Part shown: piece by piece, positions 13,106 to 25,998 of the stretch
Layout of the letters: each line of letters starts with the position of its first letter
How positions within the stretch are numbered: the first letter of the stretch is position 1
Origin: Proteromonas lacertae
Taxonomy: Eukaryota
Length of the DNA: 35,153 nt
NCBI GenBank assembly: GCA_002245135.1
Contig: NGBS01001186.1
Coordinates: 62,001-97,153, forward strand
Direction: 5' to 3'
Made by a program: the position numbers and the translations under genes
The notes under the pieces: model-generated
Database searches by the model: none
Seen by the model: the letters and a program-made list of their open reading frames with translations, nothing else
What the model was told of the DNA's origin: nothing

Positions 13106-14645
13106 TTATGTAACATATTTATATATTATACGAATTAAACATCCAACTGATAATAATCTCGAAAAAAACATAATTAAATCTGTTTCATTTCTAGAGAATA
13201 CTTCTTCAACATAGGATGATATTAATGTATCTCCATCTGTTCCAGGTATTAATAATGAATTTAACAATATTATAGATAATGAAGACTGTAAAATATAAAT
13301 CAAAAAATATGATAGATAAAGTGGAAACTATGAAAACATAAATAAAAATATATAATACAATGTAAGAGAAAGGAAGTAATCTAATAAACCATCTAGGAAT
13401 ATAATTTGACACAATAATGTCATTTAAATATTCATCATCACATATTCTATTAAATGATAGTTTATCAATTGTAAATGAACAGATCATAGAATTGCTCTTC
13501 AACATTGGATGATATAAATACTCTGAATTGTATGATGAATTGTAAAATATTCCTTTATACTTTAACAATTGTAATGTTGAAATACAATGCTATTATTAGA
13601 AGAAGAAAAAATATATATATATTAATACTGATTTTTGTATATTTATTGAATTAATCAAACATATTTGATTTGATTTTGGGTTTGTACAACAACTTGAACT
13701 ATGTAATTCATCTGCTTTAATTGTATGATTTGATACTATTAATGCATAATATGAATTAATATAATAATCATCAAACACATATTGTCTATTATTTTGTGAA
13801 AATTTAATCTCACTTTTTACACTCTTTATCCAATCATTTGAATTGAGTATATTATGGTTATTGAATTTTGTAATAACATTTCCTATCATCATCTGTGATC
13901 CAATATCATTAGATGGTGTAGAAATAATCACTGCGCCATCAGATGTTTTATAGATTGGTGATATAAAATATGAAAAATAAAACAAACACAATGTACTTAT
14001 ACAACATTCTATTATATTACCAATTATTCCACCACTACATATTTGTCTATGATATTTTGATAGTTTAAATGATATAGAACTATTCATTATAATATATATA
14101 TATATATATATATACAAACCAATAACTCCATAGTAAGAGAATAATGAAATACCTAATATTGTTACATGATATATTACTCCGAAAATGTAATGACTTAATT
14201 CATGTATTATCATTGAAATAATGTAACTTATAAACAATAACAATATTTGAGATAAAGGAAGAGATGTTGAACTTATAACAACTGGGGAAAATGTGGATAC
14301 TCTAAAGATTTAGAATTATCATCAAAATATACTTATTTTCTAATGTATAATAGACTAATAACGAATTAATAACAATTGAAACACACACAAATAGTATAGG
14401 AGAACAATACAAAAATGTCCGAAGATATTTGAAGTTCAGTTGCTTTGTCTTATAATTCAATATCCTGTTGAATAATATTGTACGAATTTCTATCTTAATC
14501 TACAAAATATTATATATTTACATACCCAACTAAAATTAAACGAGAAATACTTATTTAAATGGTATTTCCTTGTTAAAATATATATAAAAACAAAGATAAT
14601 GGTAATTAATAGTAAATATATCACATAAAACCAGATAAAATTCAT
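13106..14645 (-). CDS. MBTPS2: Site-2 protease (peptidase M50, MBTPS2-like)
   Basis: Multi-exon membrane protein with HExxH (IHELSH), SGGIIGN, a PDZ-like Cys-containing lumenal insert and C-terminal LNSLLIPGTDG carrying the third Zn ligand Asp. Confidence 0.8.
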
Positions 14646-14702
14646 TCTATTAAAATCTAATTTGATATATTGTAACGGATATTATTTTAAAGTTGATGAA
14701 TA

Positions 14703-15750
14703 ATGTCTGTACACTCTCTTTTAATTAAAATTACTGATACAATTGAACAAGGAAAGAGAATCATCCCTCTAAATAAAGCTGAAGCAATAAACCTCTTCAA
14801 TATAGCAATAGATTCCTTAAATGACCTTAAAAAACGTAGAATAAATATAAAATAATATTAAATAGGTGAGCAAGATAGTTATGTTAATCAAAGAATAGAA
14901 ATGTTGTTAATAAGCGTAAATGAAGCAAAGTGTTATGCTAATGAATATAGTATAATATTAAGGCATAGTGTTGTATATCATAATAGAACCAATAGCGGTA
15001 CAACAAAGAGTACCAGTTTATTATCCACCAAAACCTATAGAAAACCGACATGTAAATCCTCCTACATATAATATACAATCTAATTCATATCAAAAAGATG
15101 AAAATGATATAATTAAAGACAAATTCAATAAAATACAAAATTATATAAATTTAGCCAATTCCATAATAAAAACAGATTCATTCCAAGCAAAACTATTATT
15201 ATCAAAAGCACAAAAGCTAGTAGATGAAGTATCAATAGAATCATTAAATCCAGTTAGAAATAATGTATTATCTACATATGTTGATTTAATAAAGAAATTA
15301 AATAATCAACTTCCAAAAACTCCTCCATCAAAACATAGCATAAACACTATACATCCATCATTGCAACCTCCACTATCACTACCATTTTCACAACAACAGA
15401 ATATGAATAGTATAAATATAAATGAGTATAATAGAATGTTATATCAACAAGCGAATAATCATATTGAATTAGGAGATAAATATGTAATAAATTTACCTAT
15501 AGAAGCGAAAAGAGAGTATGAAAGTGCATTAGAACTATTGCAGAATATTCAAAATAATAACTTCAATGATATAGAATTAAAATCCCAAGTGAGTATAAGA
15601 ATTACTGTAGTTATGGATAAATTAAATATATTAATAAAGCTGTTAGATGTAGAAAAAGTGAAAAATAATAATAATAATATAAATCCTCTAAAACCAAGTA
15701 ATACAAATGGATTTCAATCTGTGAGTAATAGAGTAATGCAGACTATATAA
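14703..15750 (+). CDS. Multi-MIT-like repeat protein A (about 3 repeats), paralogous to the VPS4 N-terminus
   Basis: ATG 14703 MSVHSLLIKITDTIEQGKR...; intron 14836-14865 at the same position as VPS4 intron 1; repeats such as ANNHIELGDKYV..EAKREYESALELL; Pro/Asn-rich linkers. Confidence 0.7.
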
Positions 15751-15968
15751 TACACAACATTTAAAATTATTAATTTAGATTTTATATATATTTACTTTCT
15801 TTTTAAGTATTATAAGAATTTATGTAGATTATGTTTATTATAGCACTATATATGAGGGAAAAAATGATAATTACACTTTTCATGTTGGTTTTATGTCAAA
15901 ATTGTGAAAATGGGTTAATCAAAAATTTGAAACACCCAAATATGTTTTTTTTAATTTTTTCGTTGATA

Positions 15969-17708
15969 ATGTCTTACTCCCATTATTTCCATATGATATA
16001 AATGTATTCAAGTTAAAATGTGTGTTATAGATAAAAGATCAAGTAGAAAAGAGTGATAATGAAGTAAATTTAGTGATTGAAGATAAAAATGATATTAAAA
16101 TGTTGAAAATCTTGAATATTAGCGAGATAAAACAAAAGAAAATATTAAAATTACATGAAAATAACTCGTTGTTGTTAGATTGTGGTTTACCCTTCATCCT
16201 CCATTCTAAATTTTTCATATCCACAACTATGGTGAGATTATGATATATGAAAGAGAATATTATCAGAAGGTGGTATTTGTAGTGTAATAAGTTCAGTATG
16301 TTATATATTGATGATATTGAGTGAATATGATGTCGTTGTTAGTAATTTGAAGAGTAGTAACATTGTATATGAAAGAGATGGTAATGTAAAGATATGTGAT
16401 TTAAACCTAAATGCATTAAGAAAAGAAGAAGAAATGAGAATATATGACATATGCTTTAAAAGTCCTGAAGAGTTGAATGGGTTAGAATGTGATGAAAGAA
16501 GTGTGATTTGGTCAATAGGATGTATATTATATGAAATGATAAACAAGAAATTACCATTCAATGAAGATAATGATATGAATAAAACTAAAGAGAATATTAT
16601 GAGCTGTAAATAAAGTTTAGATTAGAATGTGATGATATGATGAAAGAGATGATAGAGAGAATGTTAAAAGTGAAGAGTTTTGATAGAATGAGTTTAAAAG
16701 AGTTGGAAAAAAAATTATAAAAGTGAGTGAAATTAAAAGAGATCTAACGATGTGTAAAGAACGAACAGAAATGTTATTCAATAATTATACACTTCCATCA
16801 TTGTATCCATTTTCTCATTACCTTCAAAGTGATAAATGGGAAGAAATGAGAGATGATTTGATAAAATTCTACAATCAGAAATATAATGAAAGAATACTAT
16901 CACTATTATTGATGATGAAATTATACAAAAGAGATTATGATATGCATAATAGAATCAAATTTCATATTCATCATAAATGTAGATTTAACGGATAAAGTTA
17001 TTTAGATGAGGAGATGTTTAATATTTATTTAGATGGAGAAAGTATCATAATTGATAGAATTAGATGTTGTGTCTATGATATATCTTGTTTCTGTATGTGT
17101 GTAGAAGGTATGAATTATATCTTCAGAATATTGAAAATGATGAATCCAACACAACTGTCATTTAGTATTTTATTAATAGTAACATTTTGAATAGGAGGAA
17201 GCTTTAATCATTTGACTATTCCAAACAGATATCAACCATTATTTGGATCATCATTTGCTCAATTATCCAATCTACAAGAATTATATTTACATTCATGTAA
17301 TCTTACCTGTTATTTTATTGAATCATTTGTTAAATCAATTCCTTTCATGAAATTGAAATAGACAATCCACTTGGTCCAAAAGGCTTCAAATTGTTTCTTC
17401 CTTATTTACATTTGTTAAATAACAAAGACAATGAAATGGATCTTGATAGTATGAATTTAGATGATGAATCGATGATATTATTATCAGAAGAATTATATAA
17501 ATATCTAAATCTAAAGAAGATAAATATAACATTGAATAAAGATATTCATTCAAAAGGATTAACAGCTATTTCATCTAAATTTCCAATTTCCCAAATAGAA
17601 TGTGATATTGAAGGATATAGAAAAATATTTTCCGAAATGTGTTTATTGTATCAGCAAATACGTGTATATATGGTGAAAATCTGGAACAATTTAGATTTAA
17701 TGTTTTAA
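15969..17708 (+). pseudogene. Decayed, truncated paralog of the pseudokinase-LRR gene at 25999-29362
   Basis: Near-identical peptides (LRKEEEMRIYDICFKSPEELNGLE, SVIWSIGCILYEMINKKLPF, NPLGPKGFKLFLPYLHL), but in-frame stops (TAA 16611-16613 where the paralog has Tyr; TAA 16993-16995), deletions and frameshifts near 16240 and 17360, and loss of the 3' half. Confidence 0.85.
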
Positions 17709-17871
17709 TTGAAAAATGTTATAAAAACATGATCTGAGTTTTTGACAATCCTGTAAAAAGTATTTGGCTTGTTTTTTTAAATTCTCAATAAATATTACAT
17801 ATATAATTATATATCTATTATAAATACACACATTGCATTAATAACATTCTGATATCAGATTATAAAGCAAG

Positions 17872-19056
17872 ATGTCTGTTAATCTCCTTTTTAATCAGAT
17901 GCAAAGTCTTACAGCTAGTGCAGACCATAATTTACAAATCAATAGATCCCAACAAGCCAAACAAGAATATGTAGCAGCTTTAAATATCGTTAATTCTATA
18001 AAATGTATAGTATAGTGTGTCTAATATCATTTATAGCTTCAGGAAATATAACCTATAAAAATCTAATGCCTTCAGTAGAAGATCATATACAAAAACAAAT
18101 TAAGTTGTGTGATTTTACTAATCAGCCTTCTCGCCCATACACACCTCCTTATACCCAAAATAATTCATTTCCTGTACTTCCACCACCACCACCACCGCCA
18201 CATACTCTCCCCTCTCCTCCTCCCCCTACAGGTAAAAATTTAGATGATATTTGGAATAAAGGAATAAAATATATGAATAATGGCACAAAAGACTTAGAAG
18301 ATAATGCAATAGCAGTTGGTATTGAAAGCTTAAAAATTGCAAAAGAATGTTTTGAGCAACTGAAATGCTATTCAGCTTACTCTAAATCATTTGAATATAT
18401 TGCAACTATTGATCGAATATTACAGAAATATGATTTTACAGAGATCACAGATAAAATGAGAACAACATCAGGAAAAGGTGACGAATACTTTAAACTCCAC
18501 GAATATAAATTTGCTAAGATAGAATATGAAAAATGTCTTGATTATTATAGGGAAATTGAGGCTAATTGTATAATGTTATCTATCAGTTGTTTTTTTATAA
18601 TAGCATCAAAAATGCAAAAGTATTTATATGAAGATATGAAGAACATATATAACAAAGTAACAAAAAACTTAAAAATATGTATTTCTAAATGTATATAAAT
18701 TAATGATTATTATTTTTGTTAGATAAACCAGAGAATTCTTGTCTTCCACCACAATCGCCTGTTATTTCTCATTTCCATCATTTTAATGTTGTTTCTGCGC
18801 AAGAATGGAAGAATTTGGATGAATATTTTGCTGAATTAGAGAATTGTTTCTTATATAGGAATAAGAAAAGAGCTTTGGAGTGTTTAGAAATTCTTCAAAC
18901 CAAAATATACAAATTATCTAATAGTATATTACATATGAATTTAGCTATGAATATTTTCTAGAAAAATTAACTGAAGATGAAAGAAAAAGATTAAATGTAT
19001 ATAACGACTGTTTTAAGGCTAAAGAAAACAAATATAATATCGAATATAACTATTAA
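17872..19056 (+). CDS. Multi-MIT-like repeat protein B (about 4 repeats) with polyproline linker
   Basis: Spliced N-terminus MSVNLLFNQMQSLTASADHNLQINRSQQAKQEYVAALNIVNSIKSSGNITYKNLMPSVEDHIQKQIKLCD aligns residue for residue with the VPS4 N-terminus. Introns 18005-18036, 18568-18603, 18691-18722, 18924-18961. Confidence 0.8.
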
Positions 19057-19143
19057 TTGTACATATATATCTTATTTTTCTTGTTTTAATAATTTCAAAA
19101 ATTATAGTCGTTTCGTTTATCGTTTTTTATTTTTGTTAAAATA

Positions 19144-20633
19144 ATGGCTTTATCTGGGTTAGTTGATAAAATGGATGGGTACATTAATCGAGGTGATATG
19201 TATATTTGTTATGATAAACCACAAACTGCTAAAGGCTGTTATATAAAAGCATATGAGAAAGCAACAGAATTAGAAAGTAAATTTTAATGATATCTGTTAA
19301 TATTTAGATATGAATGAACCACATTTACATTCATATGTATCAAAATATAAATCAACAATCAAAGAAAGGATAGAACAATGTGATCATGCTCCTCCTACTA
19401 TATCTCGACCACCCAGTACTAATAGTATAATATTATAATGATTATTTTGTTATAGCGTTAAGAAGAAGTCAATCACCAACAAATTATAATAAATCAGAGG
19501 ATCCGTCACCAGATAATTTATTAAAAAATATATCAAGTATAATATATGAAGGAGATAAACTATTTAAAAAACAAAAATACAAGAAAGCTCAAGTGAAATA
19601 TAAAGAAGCAAGAACTGAGTGTTTAAAACTCTTATTAATAATAATTCCTGATGCAAAATACAAATATCAGCTTGATGATTATATAAACCAAATGAATAAC
19701 AAAATAGAAGAATGCTTAGCTCCTCATATGAAATATACTGTAAAATCATCATCATCATCAAAATTACCATTATTAAGAGGATCTACTGCCAATTCAAAAT
19801 CATCTAACGGTTCATTATTATTAGAAGATTGTAAACCAATACAAAATGAAGAAGGAAGTGATAATATTGATGAATTGAATCTGTCAAATAACAGCGATAA
19901 TAGTGATACATATTTATTACCATCTTTAACAACTGTTGCTGGTGTGTTTTACAATGGTAAAAAGTTAATTAGAAAAGCAAATTATTTTGAATCAAAATTT
20001 AGATTTCATGATGCTGCTGTTTGTTTAAAAGAAAGTGTAAAAGTGATGCGACCATTGATAATAAGAGAGTTAAAAAATCATGAAAAAGAACCACTATGTG
20101 ATTATATTAGTCAAAGTGAATTAAAACTATCAATGTTATCTTATTATCCACCTGTAGAATCACAAAAAGATATGTTAAGTAAAATAGAATTATATATTAG
20201 CCATGGTGATTTACTATTATCATTAATTGATCCAATAAAATCATATTTAAATTATAAAATAGCTTTAAATATAGTAGATGGATTAACAAATTATGTAGCT
20301 GAAAATGAAGAGAAATCTTTAGAATGTGTGTTAAAAGATGATATAGATTTGAAAAGAAAAGATGTTCATTCTAAATTAGATGAAATAGATATAATAAATC
20401 AGTTGATAAATCATGAAACAAATGCAAATAATAACAGAATCTGTGATAGAGATGAAGCAATTAGAGAATATATGAAAGCTAGAGAGCTATGTATTAAATT
20501 GGAAGAATATCGTATATTGTTATATGTATTATTATTTGTTTAAATAGATCAAGTTCAGTTAGATGATCCATTTCTGGTAGAAATATTGAATAAAATAGAA
20601 TATTTTGATAATATACTACTCACTATAAATTAA
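19144..20633 (+). CDS. Multi-MIT-like repeat protein C (about 5 repeats)
   Basis: MALSGLVDKMDGYINRGDMY..AKGCYIKAYEKATELE..IEQCD; first intron 19277-19307; further repeats (IYEGDKLFKKQKYKKAQVKYKEA; YISHGDLLL..YKIALNIV); last intron 20512-20547. Confidence 0.75.
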
Positions 20634-20751
20634 ATAATCTAATTTATTTTTGACAATTTTTGTTTAAGATAAAGAAAGTGTAAAATTTTCTCAAGCCAAA
20701 CTTGATCTTATTTTTTTTATTTTTGTTATTTTTACTATACAGTAGTGGAAT

Positions 20752-22190
20752 ATGTCAGTTAATACTCTTTTTGATAAATTACAAAGCTTAAAGGCTAGTG
20801 GCGATCATTATTTTCAAGCAAATAATTTTAATGAAGCCAAATCGGAATATAAAAAAGCATTGAATATAGTTCAGATAATAAAAGGTATATTTAATTATAT
20901 TGACAGTAAAATAGATACAAAAAATCAAATATATTCACAACATATGCCAAGTTATGAACAACAGCTAATTGCTCAAATAGAAGCATGTGATAAAGGTAGG
21001 ATTCCAGTTGCAGCTCCAGCAGGTGGGTGTGGTGATGCATATGGAAGAGCACAAGGAGGAGGTGGAGGAGGTACAAATTCTCAAACCGATGAACTTGAAG
21101 GAATGGAAAAGCAACTAGAAAGTCAAATGACAAAAGTAGAAGGTTTGAAATGGTCTAGTATTGCTGGATTGAAAGAAGCTATAAATTCCTTACAAGAAGC
21201 TATTGAATTACCACGAAAATACCCACACTTGTTTACAGGTGATAGAAAGCCATGGAGTGGTATATTACTATATGGTCCACCTGGTACTGGTAAGTCATAT
21301 TTAGCCAAAGTAGTAGCAAGTGAAATACAAGGTTCATTCTTCTCAATTAGTTCATCAGATTTAGTATCAAAATGGCAAGGTGAATCTGAGAAGTTAATTA
21401 GGTCATTGTTCTCATTAGCAAGGAAGAAAGCACCTTCTGTTATATTTATTGATGAAATTGATTCAATAGCAACAGCAAGAACTGAAGTATAGAAAAAAAT
21501 ATATATATATATAATAAATAGGGTGAAAATGAAGCTTCTAGACGTATTAAAACTCAATTATTAGTGCAAATGCAAGGTGTAACAACAGATTCAGATATTA
21601 ACCACAGAGTTCTAGTACTAGGAGCAACCAATGTTGTATATTTATTAATATTATTATTATAGCCTTGGGAAATTGATAGTGCTGCAAGACGTAGATTTGA
21701 AAAGAGAATATATATTCCATTACCTGATGCACCAGCTAGAACTGAATTATTTAGAATTCAATTGGAGAAAATGTGGCATAATTTATCACCAGAACAAATT
21801 AACGAATTAGTTCTAAACACTGAAGGATTTTCTGGTTCTGATATTGCTACAATGTGTAAAGAAGCTGCTATGCAACCAGTAAAGAGAGTTTCTGTATTTA
21901 TTTCTTATTAATTATATAGACAACTACATATTATAGATATTGTAATATTGAGAATCAAGTCATATATTTACCTTGTGGTCAACAAGGAGGAAATGGAACT
22001 AAGACATATGATAGTATGACACAGGAGGAAAGAAAGAGAATATATGATTTCGTTTCTTTTGTATATTTATGTGTATTATGTCAATTAGGGTGATTTTACT
22101 AATGCTTTGAACAGAGCTAGAAGAACAGTTAGTCAAGATGATCTTAAACGTTTTGAAGAATGGACAGCTGAGTTTGGTATTCAAGGATAA
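20752..22190 (+). CDS. VPS4: VPS4 AAA+ ATPase (ESCRT-III disassembly)
   Basis: N-terminal MIT-like domain; [95 protein letters not shown]-terminal [12 protein letters not shown]. Introns include 20885-20914 and 21487-21521. Confidence 0.93.
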
Positions 22191-22413
22191 AAACCCAAAT
22201 CTATATTCTATGTTATTATTATAATTTATTATATGTTTTTGTGGATATATAGTATGAGATAATAGTAGAAATCTATCTAAATGAACAAATGTATCTTTAC
22301 TTAACAAAAACACAATTAATTACATGAATTGACATAATTACATGGTAAACTAAGAAACGTTATTCTATTCAAATTGAATAATTGAATGATATCTGATTTT
22401 AGAAATTATTGAG

Positions 22414-24453
22414 ATGGATTACTTTGGAGAATTTCTAGATTCCAAGACAGTGAAGCTGTTTCTAAATAGTAATGCAGATCAAAATAATTCTAAAGTATTA
22501 TTTGGTTATAATATTTTAGTCTATATCTATTCGTGACGGAGATACATTAGACAATATAATTCATCTTGCTTCAACAAAACTTGGAATAGAAGTTCAATCC
22601 TTGTTTACCGAAGTAGGAGAAAAAATAACTGATCCTACTTACATAAATGATGGAGATAAAATAATCTGTTCGAAAGATAATAAATTCCGAAAACAAACAC
22701 AAAGTATTAAAAAGTGTAAATATAATATAATAGAAAGTCGTTTTCCTTATGTACAAGGATATGAAGTAGTTCAGATCTTAGGTAAAGGTGCATTTGGCCG
22801 AGTTTACAAAGCAAAGAGATTATTATCAAATGATTTTGTTGCTTTGAAGTTTCTATCTAAAGCACATATACACAAGCCGAAGGATGTAGCTCGAATATTC
22901 AGTGAGATGGTTTGTTTACAAGCAATTCAACATGAAAATGTAGTAAAATTCTATGGAAATATCGATACAACAACTGATACAATTTTAGTAATGGAATATG
23001 CTGGTGGTGGTGATTTGAAAGAATTTATGAAACATTATGGTGGAAGATTAAGTGAAATAGATGCAGGTAAAATATTTCGAGAAATGACATTAGGAGTATC
23101 TTATTTTCATCAACATAATATTATTCATTGTGATTTAAAATTAGAAAATATATTACTATCTGAAGAGTATATATATATATCCTATTATATATATATATAG
23201 TGGTCATGTTAAAATTACTGATTTTGGTTTATCTTCATTCTTAGCAGCAGGTCGAACAACTAAAAGCACATGTGGCTCATTAGCTTATCTACCACCAGAA
23301 GTGTTGGAAAAGAAAGGAAGCGAAGGTCCTCCTAGAGATATTTGGGCTATGGGGATTATACTATATCAGATGATGTATGGTAATTTTCCTTGGCCTTCTA
23401 CCACAGTACAGGAATTAGAAAGTAATGTGATTTATTCTGATGTTATTTTTCCTACTGATATTCCTGTTTCACAAAAATGTAAAAGTTTAATTTCATTAAT
23501 ATTAAACAAAGATCCAGAGTATATATATAATTATAATTATAATATAATATAGTAAAAGAATAACAACTGCTCAAATATTAGTAAATGCATGGTTAAAAGA
23601 TGCAGCAAATACTTCAGAAGGTGTAGAGACAAATAAAGATGAAACAATTTTCCCAAGTGCTTCAGCAATAATGTATATTAAATTATTATTATATTTTATC
23701 GTAGTGATAAATTGAATAATAAGCATAAAGAACAACATTCATCTTCTCAAAGTCCACCTTCTACATCTGTAAATAGTAATTCTCTCTCCATTCATCCATC
23801 AAGATTACCACCATTAACACCAATTACACCATCAATATTAAGACCAATCTTACAAGAATGGTTAACTGCAAATATAATTATAAATATATTTTTATATTTC
23901 AATTCACAAAGAAAAAGAAAACTACTAAAACCAATAGTAACTCCAATTAAACCTCCTCCAATTCAGACTATTAATTTTCACAACAGTCCTCCTTTATTCT
24001 TACAGAAAAGAAGTGCTTATTTATATGATAGTCCTGTTCCATCTCCTAGTAATAAATCAGTTACATCTACACGTAGATCAAGATCAAGTTCAACTGCAGA
24101 AAGACCAAAATCACATTCATTAACTTGTCGAGAAAGTTCGTTCAATTTTCCTAGTTTAAAAGATAATGAAACTATTGATTTAAAGAGAGTTAGTATGCCT
24201 GAGTATTTGCCTCAACAACAAACATCAGCTAGATTTCCCAATTTTAAGAATAATAGTAATAAACCAGCATCTAGAAGAAAAGTTAGGCAGGCGCAACAAC
24301 AACAAGGGATGAGAACACCTCCTAGAGTATATATATTTTTTAATTGTTTTTTTTATTGAATAGAGTCCTAAGCCTTCAAAATATATTCCTTCTGCTCCTC
24401 CAATTTTTGGTCCTCCAGGTGTAAAGAAAGATATAATTAGTTTTAATTTATAG
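22414..24453 (+). CDS. CAMK-group (AMPK/MARK-like) Ser/Thr kinase with N-terminal DCX/KHA-like ubiquitin-fold domain and Ser/Pro-rich tail
   Basis: GKGAFGRV, VALK, HCDLKLEN, ITDFG, TCGSLAYLPPE, DIWAMG across short introns. N-terminus DNIIHLASTKLGIEVQSLFTEVGEKITDPTYINDGDKIICS fits the DCX/KHA-like pattern. Confidence 0.85.
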
Positions 24454-24577
24454 ATTTTTAATTTAGTATAATTATTTCATTTGATATTTGGAGAGATATT
24501 CGAGAAACAAATATTTTGAAACCACTCTAATTTTATTTAAGTCAAGTTTGCTTGATAATTTGAATTTCTGAATTCTG

Positions 24578-25796
24578 ATGTTAAAACACGCACTTTCTAG
24601 TTACAAATGGATTGGTCTTGATATAGATCATACATTAGTCAGATATAATGAAATTCCTTTGATGAATGTATTTTTTATTGTGTAGATGTAAATGTTTAGT
24701 TGGTTTATAAAGCGTTTATAAGAGTATTAGTTGAACAAAAAGGTTATTCTGAAGAACTTTTGTCAATTCCATTAGACTACTCATTTTTGTATAATCAAGT
24801 ATAAATATTGTATAGAGTAAAGCATACAGTTGTTCACATACCATATGGAAATTTATTGCAATTATCAAGCGATGGTCAGATCTTGAAGTATGTTTATAAA
24901 GAATTATCTTCTATAGAGCTTTTCATGGTACAAAATTACTGTCACAAGATGAAATTAATGATATATATAATAAGGATAATAAAGTATTAAGTGAAATATA
25001 TGAAAATATCCTTAAAGGAGTGACAAGAAATGATAAGTTTTATTGGTTTTTAGCAACTGATTTTGACATTCCTCATTCTTATTTAGCAGCTATATTAATT
25101 GATAGAGAAGACAAAAACAATTCAAAACACGATTATCAAAAGATATTTGATGATATAGTTTATGCTGTTGAATATAATTATAATCCAAAAGATGTAGTTG
25201 AAAGAAAAGGATATTATTTCAAATATATAGAAGATGAAACAGAAAAATATGTAGTAAAACGAACAGAATTAAAATCAAAGATTAAAAATATGAGAAAAAA
25301 TGGACAAAAATTCTTTTTATTATCAAATTCATCATTTGAATATAGTAAAATATTATTAAATCAAGCAATAGGTAAAGATTGGAAAGAATGTTTTGATTTA
25401 TTCTTATTTCATTCATGTAAACCTGGCTTTTATACAAAAAATATTCCATTTGTATTAATAGATAAAAATACAGGATGTATTGTAGATTCTGAAGTGAAAG
25501 AATTAAAAGAAGGAGAATTATACAGCGAAGGAAACCTCAAACAGTTAGAAGATTTATTACAGTCTAAACCACTTTATATTGGTGATCATTTGTTATCTGA
25601 TGTTATGACACCTAATGTATTATGCCATTGGGACACTTTGTTAATATTAACGCAAAATACAACTGGTGAAGAATATAAAGATATTGGGACTAAATGGCTT
25701 GAATTAATTAATGGAGAGAAATGTAATACAATATCAACAAAGATATGTATGAAATATAGTATAGGGTATCTTCATGATTTGAATGATATTAACTAA
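24578..25796 (+). CDS. HAD-superfamily 5'-nucleotidase (cN-II/NT5DC-like)
   Basis: Spliced N-terminus WIGLDIDHTLVRY (DxDxT); FLLSNS, KPGFY, YSEGN, LYIGDHLLSDV motifs; three short introns 5' of ORF 25020-25796. Confidence 0.88.
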
Positions 25797-25998
25797 TATT
25801 TATTATTTGTAGTTGTTTTTTTTATTCTCTTGGAATTTAACTTCTATTAATACTCATAAGAATATAATTATTTAATTATACATAGATAAAACATTTTATA
25901 TTTTAAATTTTGAATAAATAACTGAAATTATGAAACGGATCTATTTACATATAAAAATTTAAAAGATGAATTTCATTGTTGATAGCTTATTAACTTTA

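Noticed and set aside
15969..17708. TAA/TAG stop-codon reassignment suggested by in-frame TAA in the kinase-LRR copy
   Set aside because: The same locus has frameshifts and deletions, and conserved genes (SerRS, VPS4, IPK) have no in-frame stops and end in TAA.
3799..23200. (TA)n tracts at about 3799-3821, 14092-14114, 21499-21512 and 23169-23199 as a repeat system
   Set aside because: Ordinary microsatellites confined to introns, with no spacer structure or mobile-element hallmarks.
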